Shown here: one piece after another, positions 14,801-29,067 of the stretch
Position numbering within the stretch: the first letter of the stretch is position 1
Layout: each line of letters begins with the position of its first letter
DNA from: Convolutriloba macropyga
Lineage: Eukaryota
Assembly: GCF_964194025.1 (NCBI RefSeq)
Contig: NC_134469.1
Span: forward strand, 9,238,001 to 9,302,000
DNA length: 64,000 nt
Direction: 5' to 3'
Translations under genes and position numbers: made by a program
Notes under the pieces: generated by a model
Told to the model about the DNA's origin: nothing
The model's database searches: none
What the model saw: the letters and a program-made list of their open reading frames with translations, nothing else

Positions 14801-16768
14801 ATTGATCTAAAGCACAAATTTTCCTGCTTTTTGTTGAATTTTGCTGAATTAAAAGCGAACATGAGATTAACCTGGAAATGACAGCATATAAAAAAATAAT
14901 TATTTAAACTGAAACGGGAGTTTTTGAAAATTGAAATTTTTGAAAGATGAATTTTTTCTTCAGTTAACTGATGCAACAAATAATAAACCATTTATCTCTA
15001 AAACACCGTTTTTGGCAGTGGCCATCAAAACAGTCAATGGTGTTCAAATGTGACTTTAAAATGACTCTTTTTGTTTTCCTGTTCACAATTGACTTGGAAA
15101 ATAGTTTTTTCTCTTAAAAATTGGCTTTGTTCATAATTATTTGACGCTGTTCTTCTGAGTACTTATAGAACAACACGAGCTACTTTATTTAGTGGCTTAA
15201 CGGAAACTTGCAAAATTTAACAAGTTAACATTTATCGGAAAAATCGTAGGTACTGAAATTTCATTCAAGACTAAGTTATCATACATCTGTGGATATGTGG
15301 TAATTGTTTAAATATATAGTTTTTACGCTTGTTTATAAAAAATAAAGTATTATATGGGTTGCAACTTAATATGAGGGTTAACAATCCTCCTTCTTTTGTT
15401 TAAAAAACCATGACTTTTTAAGTTTGCATCTATACAATTCACCTAATTTCTATGATCAGCATAAAAAATGACATGAACATAGTACTGTGCAGGGTAAAAT
15501 TGCAGAATTGAAATACTATGATTCAGTGCTGAGTTACTATGTTACCATGATCCGGGAACTTAATAAATCACCCATGTTCTTCATCAATTGAAAACCCCTT
15601 TCGAAAGGTTCCGCTTCCAAACTACGAGAGGTTTTATGAACAAAAATAAATCTGTCGAGATTGATTAAAGCGTGAAATAGAATTTTTTTGCAACGAAGGC
15701 GCGATTTTTGTCCTATTAAACCACGATCCGAATTCGCCAAGAACAGTGAAAATCAGTAACACTCAAGTAAAGCTGAAAAAAACAGAAATTGCAACAGATA
15801 TTTTTTTTCACACTTTAAATAATAGTGTCATTTTTCGCCCATTTTTGATGTCGGATTTTTAAAATACTCAATGCAAACTTACCTTACAGCCGTAGAATTC
15901 TGTATGAAAAAGACTCAATAAATGTAAAAGAGCACACAAATAAAACTGAAGAATGAACTAGATGATAAATAAAAAGTCGCATACATCAAACACTTGGTTT
16001 TTCAATAAACAGAACAATGTAACCAATATTATTTACACCATAAATTACAGGTATCACATCGGTTAGCGAATTTGCCACACATCAAAGCGCTACGTGTAAT
16101 AAGTAAAGCTGTAATCAGTAAAAACAGAACGCAAACCGCGGCCTCTTAACTGCTCGGCCATGAGATAACTTCACAACTTATATTCATATACCAATCTGCA
16201 GTTTAAGGATGAGACAATAATTTTTTTTTCAAAAACTTTTGCAATTCAACTTAGCAAATTGTAAAAGAGTTTCAACTTAACGACTCAGAGTTTGAGCGAA
16301 ATAGATTTGATCTCTCGAAACAAGAATTTGTAAAATTGTGAAGCAGATTTAACTTGAAGAAGCCATCTCTGTTTTTCAGTTCATAAGAAACTTAAACCCA
16401 TCTTACATAAATCAATGCAGTCAAGCATGCACCTGTATTGTTATAGTACACAAGGCGTTGCATCAGGTAAACTCTTTGAGAGCCCAGTTTACAAGCAACA
16501 ATCACTTCAAAGACAAGTTAAATAGTTATTTCTATACTGGTTCAAAGACTACATTTACTGAGACACGGAATATAATTCATAAACGTAAATTTGCTGATGA
16601 CTTAAAACACAACAAACAGTGTGTATTTAATATATAACTTACGTGAGATTCATAACGGTTATTCGAGATCATTGAAACAACATTAAAAAATACCTGAGCC
16701 GCTCTGTAACGTTTCTTTAATTTGGTGCCTTCAGTAAGTTCCATAAATAAGTGTAGCGACGCGGGCTG

Positions 16769-17461
16769 ACCACCCAGAGCATCGCAGTACTGAATCATTG
16801 TAAATCCAGAGACTGTATATAGACTGCTTTATACTTGTCGAGATTCTGTTAATGTCAATTTACACTGATCAGTGTCTTTTTCAGAATAAAATTGTACTTC
16901 TCATTTTATGCTGATTTTGATCTGTTCATAACTATTATACAATTATCAGCCTGATTAAAATTATTGTATATCTATTGTCAGCCTAAAGCTATTCTGTTCT
17001 TAACCTGTTTCAGCTTTGATGATCAGCCTAAAAAACACTGTTTTTAACCTGTTTCAGCGCTGTTTCACACCATACTACATCACACCACATGCATATTCAC
17101 ACAATATGATAACACTACTGCTAATTTAAAAGACGATGAAGAAATTAAATGTGACGCACCCCGAATGCACACCAATCGCTCCGTGTCGGTATTCAGTATC
17201 AGCAGAAGTATGCAGCGTGTATGTAGCTGTTAACTGGTACCGTGTCTTTACAAAATGCATGCAATCAAGACAATCCTGACAATCAAGCGGTTTCATCATT
17301 TTCGAAAATTTCACTGTAGTTTTTACTAAGAACAGTCTGATTAGTTGTTGTTTTTTGGACATAATGATCTACTTTTTTTAATGTTAATACGCTGTTTCAG
17401 TACTGGTTTTACATATTGATATTGAAATACGCAGGTTCAGTACTGAAACACTCTGGGTGGT
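16769..17461. mobile_element. MITE with ~26-bp imperfect TIRs (second full copy at 24387-25079; right end deleted in the middle unit)
   Basis: Left end ACCACCCAGAG-catcg-CAGTACTGAA; right end TTCAGTACTG-aaaca-CTCTGGGTGGT. Internal short TCAGC-containing sub-repeats. Confidence 0.7.
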
Positions 17462-18694
17462 AAGCCAAGGGAGCTGCATCCAATCTTGTCTTTGTCATAA
17501 CAGCTCAGATCTGCCCACAACCAACATTTGACCGACTAATGTACAAGAAGTTTGTCCCTCTTGTACATACTATTTCTCCCTCTCAACGTAACAAAATATA
17601 TGTTTTCATAGCCATTCGTGAATAAACTGGTGCACGTTTTCACAAATAATATTTGCATAGCTTGATATGAGGTGAGCCAGCCATTACAATCTATACCAGT
17701 TAAAACCATTACAAAGTTTTAAATATGTCAATAATAGATGGTTATATTCCGCCGAGGTAATCTTTTCAACAATTTTAATGCAGTGAAAAACACGACAGAT
17801 TGAGAAGTGACTCATTTTGACACGCAATATATAAGTATTGAACTTCATATTTCCCTCTCAGAAAACTTTGTTTAGTTTTCTGAGATTTTTACTCGCCGTT
17901 TCCTTATTGTCAATTAACCCATCATTATTGTTACTCATATGATCACTACTTTTGGGATATAGGTTCTGAAAATTGGGGTCTTTCCCATTATAGCCCCCCT
18001 TTAGTGGTCAGATAACCTATACCCCTTCCCACCCCACTCATGGTAAATATACCATGATGGGGTGCTATAACTTCCCGGGTGACTACAAGGGGAAAAATCC
18101 AAAAACTTTATCTTTTTGTTTGTGCCCCAACACTTAGGGGGTTCATTTTATTTCAAAACCCAGGAGCGCACGACGTATGATATCACACAAAAATTTGCTG
18201 TGTATTAGCATATCTTCTGCAACTTGTAACGCATAACCTACCGAAGCAAAACAAAAGAGCATGACACCAGAAATCGGTTTTTAGGATATATTCTGTTTGG
18301 CCCCTCCAAGCTTAGCGGGCACAAAACTTCTCTATACCCAATTACATGCGCTAGTTTTTTCCATAGAAACGTGCTTTATAACAACTCACTAATTGTAATT
18401 AAGGTGCACAAACTCAATGAGAGGAAGGGGAACATTGCTCATTGGTGCTATAGCTAGAGAGCACTCATGTCCATCTCTAAACGATCAATAGCGTTTCTGA
18501 GCATCTTTTAAAATCGAAGTTCAAAAAACGTTGGTGCAAAAACATCGGATCTATTCTCTTTCCCCAGCTTAGTAGACATATAACTTTTACCCACCTAGTA
18601 ACGTGCTATATAACAAATTAAATTGTAATTGGGGATAAAAACACTGGGTGCCGATACAGAATAGATCCAAAACTAAAAAAAGATCCTTCTTAAA

Positions 18695-18762
18695 TGAGAG
18701 CGGTTCGAACTCGCAACCTCGTTGTAGAGAGTCGGGGACTTCAACCTCTAAGCTACACAGCC
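18695..18762 (-). mobile_element. tRNA-derived (Pol III A/B box) segment; full copy at 26313-26380, truncated in the middle unit
   Basis: Minus strand GGCTGTG-TAGCTTAGAGG (A box) ... GCGAGTTCGAACCGC (B box / T arm). Cloverleaf incomplete. Confidence 0.6.
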
Positions 18763-21700
18763 CATGTGCGGTACCCGTTCACAATCCGTTATATTTTAGC
18801 GATAGACTTAATTCCTGAATGCATGCAATTCACTCAAGTCCTGAAGTCACTCAAGAGTCAAGTATAAAAAAGTAACTAAGAGTAACTGTGAAACCCATAG
18901 AAAGTTCTAGAAGAAAACGGTCGAGTAAAAATTTTGCATAAAAAGACACATACCTTTACAGTGGCTGCCTCAAACTTTGTTCGAGAGAAATTAATAACTG
19001 CGTTTCTAAAATAGTTCTGTAATTTACGAAAAAGAAAAGCAAATCGTTTCTTTGGTCGAAACAAAGGGCAAAAAAAACAACTCATGACGCCATCTTAGAG
19101 GCAGGTACCATGATTTAAAATCAAAAGACAAGTTTCCAGTGGGTGGTAATAAACCTCTTCCCACAAACTTAGAAATTATTTTCCAAGAACAGACTTCTTT
19201 CACATTATTGTCTCGGTTTTTGTCTCGATAAGTTCACATGGGACACCAACAAACAGCTGCTGTAATCAATAAAATGAGCAAAATTTTTAATGACAAGCCT
19301 GGGCACTGTGCATTCTGGATAACAATTTTTTCTCTTCTCTCTCGTTTGATAGAGCTTCTGAGGGTTAGAGTCTGTAATAGCGTACATGGCTGACGAGTAG
19401 ATAGATCTCTACATACGCTTCAAGCGCTACTGAATGTTTTTCACTTGTGTCTATCAAAACGTCTAAGAGTTATGAGAGCCGATTAAATAAATATGATTAA
19501 GATGCCTTTCTTTACTGCCCATGAACGTTGCATAATATTTGCATTACGCAAGCGCGGTGGTATAATAGCAGTAATTAACTAAGCAAATGGAGAATCCGTA
19601 ACTCGGTTACATAAAGTATAGAGAAGGACAATATCGAAATGGTATAAATTGCAACAAAATGATATCTCGACAAATGACCTACCAGGAAACGTAGAGGCAC
19701 TATTTTCTGAACCCTGCCACAAAGGTTCGACTCAGCCTTAAAAGCCGTAACAAAGTCCGAGCGAACAACCATTTACCACAAATTATCTTGTTTTCTCTCC
19801 ACTTGGAACAAGAGCTGAGAGCTACATTTTAAAATTAATATTAGGTCTCTGGTTTCCGACAGCCAACACCGTTTTTTTCACAAATGCAGACAAAAAGAAT
19901 GACTTCATATTTTAAGTTTTTGAACGACTGTCAAAACTCCGAAGAACCAAATATCACCTCTAACCAACTCAAAGCACAGTGTTCAAAATCGCAAAAAAAC
20001 AGAATCAAACAAACAAATAAAATCACGAGCAGGAGACAGATTAAAAATGACAAGAAGTGCTGCATGATAAACATAAGAGCAAAACAATTTTTCTCAAGGC
20101 TAGAAAATATTTAAATTTAACACTCCCAAGAAAGTCGATTTTTGCATTGAGAGACGCGGAGCACCCTGTTGACCGCAGTCAACAAAATAAGAAAGCACGG
20201 TCTAGACTAATTCAATAATCCGAATTCGCCAAGAACAGTGAAAATCAGTAACACTCACGTAAAACTGAAAAAAAAACAAATTTCAACAGATATTTTTTCA
20301 CACTTTAAATAATATTGTCATTTTTCGCCCATTTTTGATGTCGGATTTTTAAAATGCTCAATGCATATTTACCTTACAGCCGTAGAATTCTGTATGAAAA
20401 AGACTCCAATAAATGTAAAAGAGCACACAAATAAAACTGAAGAATGAACTAGATGATAAATAAAAAGTCGCATACATCAAACACTTGGTTTTTCAATAAA
20501 CAGAACAATGTAACCAATATTAATTACAACCATAAATTACAGGTATCACATCGGTTAGCGAATTTGCCACACATCAAAGAGTTACGTGTAATTAATGAAT
20601 CACTAGCCGGTGAAAACAGAACGCAAACCGCGGCCTCTTAACTGCTCGGCCATGAGATAACTTCACAACCTATATTCATATACCAATCTGCAGTTTAAGG
20701 ATGAGACAATAATTTTTTTTTCAAAAACTTTTGCAATTCAACTTAGCAAATTGTAAAAGAGTTTCAACTTAACGACTCAGAGTTTAAGCGAAATAGATTT
20801 GATCTCTCGAAACAAGAATTTGTAAAATTGTGAAGCAGATTTAACTTGAAGAAGCCATCTCTGTTTTTCAGTTCATAAGAAACTTAAACCCATCTTACAT
20901 AAATCAATGCAGTCAAGCATGCACCTGTATTGTTATAGTACACAAGGCGTTGCATCAGGTAAACTCTTTGAGAGCCCAGTTTACAAGCAACAATCACTTC
21001 AAAGACAAGTTAAATAGTTATTTCTATACTGGTTCAAAGACTACATTTACTGAGACACGGAATATAATTCATAAACGTAAATTTGCTGATGACTTAAAAC
21101 ACAACAAACAGTGTGTATTTAATATATAACTTACGTGAGATTCATAACGGTTATTCGAGATCATTGAAACAACATTAAAAAATACCTGAGCCGCTCTGTA
21201 ACGTTTCTTTAATTTGGTGCCTTCAGTAAGTTCCATAAATAAGTGTAGCGACGCGGGCTGACCACCCAGAGCATCGCAGTACTGAATCATTGTAAATCCA
21301 GAGACTGTATATGGACTGCTTTATACTTGTCGAGATTCTGTTAATGTCAATTTACACTGATCAGTGTCTTTTTCAGAATAAAATTGTACTTCTCATTTTA
21401 TGCTGATTTTGATCTGTTCATAACTATTATACAATTATCAGCCTGATTAAAATTATTGTATATCTATTGTCAGCCTAAAGCTATTCTGTTCTTAACCTGT
21501 TTCAGCTTTGATGATCAGCCTAAAAAACACTGTTTTTAACCTGTTTCAGCGCTGTTTCACACCATACTACATCACACCACATGCATATTCACACAATATA
21601 ACACTACTGCTAATTTAAAAGACGATGAAGAAATTAAATGTGACGCACCCCGAATGCACACCAATCGCTCCGTGTCGGTATTCAGTATCAGCAGAAGTAT

Positions 21701-24700
21701 GCAGCGTGTATGTAGCTGTTAACTGGTACCGTGTCTTTACAAAATGCATGCAATCAAGACAATCCTGACAATCAAGCGGTTTCATCATTTTCGAAAATTT
21801 CACTGTAGTTTTTACTAAGAACAGTCTGATTAGTTGTTGTTTTTTGGACATAATGAGAGTCGGGGACTTCAACCTCTAAGCTACACAGCCCATGTGCGGT
21901 ACCCGTTCACAATCCGTTATATTTTAGCGATAGACTTAATTCCTGAATGCATGCAATTCACTCAAGTCCTGAAGTCACTCAAGAGTCAAGTATAAAAAAG
22001 TAACTAAGAGTAACTGTGAAACCCATAGAAAGTTCTAGAAGAAAACGGTCGAGTAAAAATTTTGCATAAAAAGACACATACCTTTACAGTGGCTGCCTCA
22101 AACTTTGTTCGAGAGAAATTAATAACTGCGTTTCTAAAATAGTTCTGTAATTTACGAAAAAGAAAAGCAAATCGTTTCTTTGGTCGAAACAAAGGGCAAA
22201 AAAAACAACTCATGACGCCATCTTAGAGGCAGGTACCATGATTTAAAATCAAAAGACAAGTTTCCAGTGGGTGGTAATAAACCTCTTCCCACAAACTTAG
22301 AAATTATTTTCCAAGAACAGACTTCTTTCACATTATTGTCTCGGTTTTTGTCTCGATAAGTTCACATGGGACACCAACAAACAGCTGCTGTAATCAATAA
22401 AATGAGCAAAATTTTTAATGACAAGCCTGGGCACTGTGCATTCTGGATAACAATTTTTTCTCTTCTCTCGTTTGATAGAGCTTCTGAGGGTTAGAGTCTG
22501 TAATAGCGTACATGGCTGACGAGTAGATAGATCTCTACATACGCTTCAAGCGCTACTGAATGTTTTTCACTTGTGTCTATCAAAACGTCTAAGAGTTATG
22601 AGAGCCGATTACATAAATATGATTAAGATGCCTTTCTTTACTGCCCATGAACGTTGCATAATATTTGCATTACGCAAGCGCGGTGGTATAATAGCAGTAA
22701 TTAACTAAGCAAATGGAGAATCCGTAACTCGGTTACATAAAGTACAGAGAAGGACAATATCGAAATGGTATAAATTGCAACAAAATGATATCTCGACAAA
22801 TGACCTACCAGGAAACGTAGAGGCACTATTTTCTGAACCCTGCCACAAAGGTTCGACTCAGCCTTAAAAGCCGTAACAAAGTCCGAGCGAACAACCATTT
22901 ACCACAAATTATCTTGTTTTCTCTCCACTTGGAACAAGAGCTGAGAGCTACATTTTAAAATTAATATTAGGTCTCTGGTTTCCGACAGCCAACACCGTTT
23001 TTTTCACAAATGCAGACAAAAAGAATGACTTCATATTTTAAGTTTTTGAACGACTGTCAAAACTCCGAAGAACCAAATATCACCTCTAACCAACTCAAAG
23101 CACAGTGTTCAAAATCGCAAAAAAACAGAATCAAACAAACAAATAAAATCACGAGCAGGAGACAGATTAAAAATGACAAGAAGTGCTGCATGATAAACAT
23201 AAGAGCAAAACAATTTTTCTCAAGGCTAGAAAATATTTAAATTTAACACTCCCAAGAAAGTCGATTTTTGCATTGAGAGACGCGGAGCACCCTGTTGACC
23301 GCAGTCAACAAAATAAGAAAGCACGGTCTAGACTAATTCAATAATCCGAATTCGCCAAGAACAGTGAAAATCAGTAACACTCACGTAAAACTGAAAAAAA
23401 AACAAATTTCAACAGATATTTTTTCACACTTTAAATAATATTGTCATTTTTCGCCCATTTTTGATGTCGGATTTTTAAAATGCTCAATGCATATTTACCT
23501 TACAGCCGTAGAATTCTGTATGAAAAAGACTCCAATAAATGTAAAAGAGCACACAAATAAAACTGAAGAATGAACTAGATGATAAATAAAAAGTCGCATA
23601 CATCAAACACTTGGTTTTTCAATAAACAGAACAATGTAACCAATATTAATTACAACCATAAATTACAGGTATCACATCGGTTAGCGAATTTGCCACACAT
23701 CAAAGAGTTACGTGTAATTAATGAATCACTAGCCGGTGAAAACAGAACGCAAACCGCGGCCTCTTAACTGCTCGGCCATGAGATAACTTCACAACCTATA
23801 TTCATATACCAATCTGCAGTTTAAGGATGAGACAATAATTTTTTTTTCAAAAACTTTTGCAATTCAACTTAGCAAATTGTAAAAGAGTTTCAACTTAACG
23901 ACTCAGAGTTTAAGCGAAATAGATTTGATCTCTCGAAACAAGAATTTGTAAAATTGTGAAGCAGATTTAACTTGAAGAAGCCATCTCTGTTTTTCAGTTC
24001 ATAAGAAACTTAAACCCATCTTACATAAATCAATGCAGTCAAGCATGCACCTGTATTGTTATAGTACACAAGGCGTTGCATCAGGTAAACTCTTTGAGAG
24101 CCCAGTTTACAAGCAACAATCACTTCAAAGACAAGTTAAATAGTTATTTCTATACTGGTTCAAAGACTACATTTACTGAGACACGGAGTATAATTCATAA
24201 ACGTAAATTTGCTGATGACTTAAAACACAACAAACAGTGTGTATTTAATATATAACTTACGTGAGATTCATAACGGTTATTCGAGATCATTGAAACAACA
24301 TTAAAAAATACCTGAGCCGCTCTGTAACGTTTCTTTAATTTGGTGCCTTCAGTAAGTTCCATAAATAAGTGTAGCGACGCGGGCTGACCACCCAGAGCAT
24401 CGCAGTACTGAATCATTGTAAATCCAGAGACTGTATATAGACTGCTTTATACTTGTCGAGATTCTGTTAATGTCAATTTACACTGATCAGTGTCTTTTTC
24501 AGAATAAAATTGTACTTCTCATTTTATGCTGATTTTGATCTGTTCATAACTATTATACAATTATCAGCCTGATTAAAATTATTGTATATCTATTGTCAGC
24601 CTAAAGCTATTCTGTTCTTAACCTGTTTCAGCTTTGATGATCAGCCTAAAAAACACTGTTTTTAACCTGTTTCAGCGCTGTTTCACACCATACTACATCA

Positions 24701-27700
24701 CACCACATGCATATTCACACAATATGATAACACTACTGCTAATTTAAAAGACGATGAAGAAATTAAATGTGACGCACCCCGAATGCACACCAATCGCTCC
24801 GTGTCGGTATTCAGTATCAGCAGAAGTATGCAGCGTGTATGTAGCTGTTAACTGGTACCGTGTCTTTACAAAATGCATGCAATCAAGACAATCCTGACAA
24901 TCAAGCGGTTTCATCATTTTCGAAAATTTCACTGTAGTTTTTACTAAGAACAGTCTGATTAGTTGTTGTTTTTTGGACATAATGATCTACTTTTTTTAAT
25001 GTTAATACGCTGTTTCAGTACTGGTTTTACATATTGATATTGAAATAAGCAGGTTCAGTACTGAAACACTCTGGGTGGTAAGCCAAGGGAGCTGCATCCA
25101 ATCTTGTCTTTGTCATAACAGCTCAGATCTGCCCACAACCAACATTTGACCGACTAATGTACAAGAAGTTTGTCCCTCTTGTACATACTATTTCTCCCTC
25201 TCAACGTAACAAAATATATGTTTTCATAGCCATTCGTGAATAAACTGGTGCACGTTTTCACAAATAATATTTGCATAGCTTGATATGAGGTGAGCCAGCC
25301 ATTACAATCTATACCAGTTAAAACCATTACAAAGTTTTAAATATGTCAATAATAGATGGTTATATTCCAACGAGGTAATCTTTTCAACAATTTTAATGCA
25401 GTGAAAAACACGACAGATTGAGAAGTGACTCATTTTGACACGCAATATATAAGTATTGAACTTCATATTTCCCTCTCAGAAAACTTTGTTTAGTTTTCTG
25501 AGATTTTTACTCGCCGTTTCCTTATTGTCAATTAACCCATCATTATTGTTACTCATATGATCACTACTTTTGGGATATAGGTTCTGAAAATTGGGGTCTT
25601 TCCCATTATAGCCCCCCTTTAGTGGTCAGATAACCTATACCCCTTCCCACCCCTCTCATGGTAAATATACCATGATGGGGTGCTATAACTTCCCGTGGGA
25701 CTACAAGGGGAAAAATCCAAAAATTTTATCTTTTTGTTTGTGCCCCAACACTTAGGGGGTTCATTTTATTTCAAAACCCAGGAGCGCACGACGTATGATA
25801 TCACACAAAAATTTGCTGTGTATTAGCATATCTTCTGCAACTTGTAACGCATAACCTACCGAAGCAAAACAAAAGAGCATGACACCAGAAATCGGTTTTT
25901 AGGATATATTCTGTTTGGCCCCTCCAAGCTTAGCGGGCACAAAACTTCTCTATACCCAATTACATGCGCTAGTTTTTTCCATAGAAACGTGCTTTATAAC
26001 AACTCACTAATTGTAATTAAGGTGCGCAAACTCAATGAGAGGAAGGGGAACATTGCTCATTGGTGCTATAGCTAGAGAGCACTCATGTCCATCTCTAAGC
26101 GATCAATAGCGTTTCTGAGCATCTTTTAAAATCGAAGTTCAAAAAACATTGGCGCAAAAACATCGGATCTATTCTCTTTCCCCAGCTTAGTAGACATATA
26201 ACTTTTACCCACCTAGTAACGTGCTATATAACAAATTAAATTGTAATTGGGGATAAAAACACTGGGTGCCGATACAGAATAGATCCAAAACTAAAAAAAG
26301 ATCCTTCTTAAATGAGAGCGGTTCGAACTCGCAACCTCGTTGTTGAGAGTCGGGGACTTCAACCTCTAAGCTACACAGCCCATGTGCGGTACCCGTTCAC
26401 AATCCGTTATATTTTAGCGATAGACTTAATTCCTGAATGCATGCAATTCACTCAAGTCCTGAAGTCACTCAAGAGTCAAGTATAAAAAAGTAACTAAGAG
26501 TAACTGTGAAACCCATAGAAAGTTCTAGAAGAAAACGGTCGAGTAAAAATTTTGCATAAAAAGACACATACCTTTACAGTGGCTGCCTCAAACTTTGTTC
26601 GAGAGAAATTAATAACTGCGTTTCTAAAATAGTTCTGTAATTTACGAAAAAGAAAAGCAAATCGTTTCTTTGGTCGAAACAAAGGGCAAAAAAAACAACT
26701 CATGACGCCATCTTAGAGGCAGGTACCATGATTTAAAATCAAAAGACAAGTTTCCAGTGGGTGGTAATAAACCTGTTCCCACAAACTTAGAAATTATTTT
26801 CCAAGAACAGACTTCTTTCACATTATTGTCTCGGTTTTTGTCTCGATAAGTTCACATGGGACACCAACAAACAGCTGCTGTAATCAATAAAATGAGCAAA
26901 ATTTTTAATGACAAGCCTGGGCACTGTGCATTCTGGATAACAATTTTTTCTCTTCTCTCTCGTTTGATAGAGCTTCTGAGGGTTAGAGTCTGTAATAGCG
27001 TACATGGCTGACGAGTAGATAGATCTCTACATACGCTTCAAGCGCTACTGAATGTTTTTCACTTGTGTCTATCAAAACGTCTAAGAGTTATGAGAGCCGA
27101 TTACATAAATATGATTAAGATGCCTTTCTTTACTGCCCATGAACGTTGCATAATATTTGCATTACGCAAGCGCGGTGGTATAATAGCAGTAATTAACTAA
27201 GCAAATGGAGAATCCGTAACTCGGTTACATAAAGTATAGAGAAGGACAATATCGAAATGGTATAAATTGCAACAAAATGATATCTCGACAAATGACCTAC
27301 CAGGAAACGTAGAGGCACTATTTTCTGAACCCTGCCACAAAGGTTCGACTCAGCCTTAAAAGCCGTGACAAAGTCCGAGCGAACAACCATTTACCACAAA
27401 TTATCTTGTTTTCTCTCTACTTGGAACAAGAGCTGAGAGCTACACTTTAAAATTAATATTAGGTCTCTGGTTTCCGACAGCCAACACCGTTTTTTTCACA
27501 AATGCAGACAAAAAGAATGACTTCATATTTTAAGTTTTTGAACGACTGTCAAAACTCCGAAGTACCAAATATCACCTCTAACCAACTCAAAGCACAGTGT
27601 TCAAAATCGCAAAAAAACAGAATCAAACAAACAAATAAAATCACGAGCAGGAGACAGATTAAAAATGACAAGAAGTGCTGCATGATAAACATAAGAGCAA

Positions 27701-28448
27701 AACAATTTTTCTCAAGGCTAGAAAATATTTAAATTTAACACTCCCAAGAAAGTCGATTTTTGCATTGAGAGACGCGGAGCACCCTGTTGACCGCAGTCAA
27801 CAAAATAAGAAAGCACGGTCTAGACTAAATAAAAAAAATTGATCAGCTTAAAATCTGAGTGGAAAACGTCAAAGGACAGTTCGAATCTATTAGAAAAAGA
27901 ATTTATTGCCATGAAGGGCAATCAGTTTTAATTTTCGTTGAATAAACTGACAAGTTTTTGTATAATAGCTATTCAAATCAATCTGCAGTTAACTCGAATG
28001 CCTCCTTTAAAGGCTATTGGTTTACCCTCAAAGAGTACAAATTACGGAATCAAGAATGCCTGTAAGAGAATGGTAAAATTCAACGTTACAAGAAAAAGTA
28101 TAGTTCTTCTTTCCAAAACCAGTAGGTCAATCCTCACCAGTAGCGCCAACTACTATCAATGAATAAGCTCCATCCCATCTGGTTACAATTTTATTTTAGT
28201 TCAGTTACGCCTGGACAGATACGAAGGCAACAAATATTTAATTTCAGCTTTCTTAACGCGCGCTATTATTGAGCTCTTATTTGCTCCACTAGGTAGAGTA
28301 AACCCAAAATCACGACACGCCAACAGTCCATTAATAAGTTTCGAGTCTTAAGAACCATTATAACTGTGTTATCTTTCCGCTGTCATAAAAACGGAATAAT
28401 TAAATACAATTGAATTTCACAGAAAAATTATGTAATCTGCAAAAAAAT

Positions 28449-28990
28449 AAAACATACCCGGCAGATTGCCGGAAAATAGCCGCCGTTGATTCCAATAAAC
28501 ATGACTGGGATTGAAATAACAGAAGATATTGAAAAAAAAAGATTTTCGTACAAAAACATTTTTTTAAGTCCGATTTATTTTGATGGCATTTCGTAGTTGA
28601 ACATACTTCTGTTTCTTAGAGAGAGGCTACAGGGGCTACTATCAATAACAATCAGCATTAGAGAGAGGTAACTAATACTTATAGGACCGACGTTCAAATA
28701 GCGGGCATCTAAAATTGGGCTTTATGGGTTTATCCCGTTTCTATTTCTGACTTCAATTTTTTATACTGACTGTTCATTTTGAATTGCTTTGCTGAGCAAC
28801 TGATGTTCAAAATCACTTTTAGCAGAATGAGAGAAGAGAGAAACTAGCCTAGAGAAGTCAAAAAGATTTCACGCAAAATGTTGAAAAGGCGGCAAAATGA
28901 GGTAAAGCGAAACATTTTTTTATTCGACGAAGTAAAAAAAAAAATAGGAGCGCTATAATAGCCGGCTGAGAAGATGAGGGCGGCTATTAA
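28449..28990 (-). mobile_element. Non-autonomous Helentron-like element (HINE), subTIR family B
   Basis: Plus strand: AAACATAC, hairpin CCGGCA-gat-TGCCGG, then AATAGCCGCC (28475-28484) ... GGCGGCTATT (28979-28988) followed by AA. A fold-back AATAGCC lies just inside the right end. Confidence 0.75.
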
Positions 28991-29067
28991 TGAAAACCAA
29001 AAACAAAGTCAACACAGTCATTTATTCACTGAAAAAGAAAGTCAGTTTCATTAATTGAGAATCGCTT

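Larger units (their letters stand above)
15726..27828. repeat. Near-identical tandem triplication of a ~4.5-kb non-coding unit (15726-20217, 20218-23343 with a ~1.36-kb deletion, 23344-27828)
   Basis: Each unit starts ATCCGAATTCGCCAAGAACAG, and the same spurious ORFs recur three times in the ORF track. The middle unit joins ATAATGA directly to GAGTCGGGG at ~21856. Confidence 0.95.

Noticed and set aside
16577-27732. Repeated 60-85-aa ORFs in the 4.5-kb units as a tandem gene cluster
   Set aside because: They recur only because the DNA is nearly identical; no motifs or coherent splice structure, and they overlap MITE/HINE sequence.
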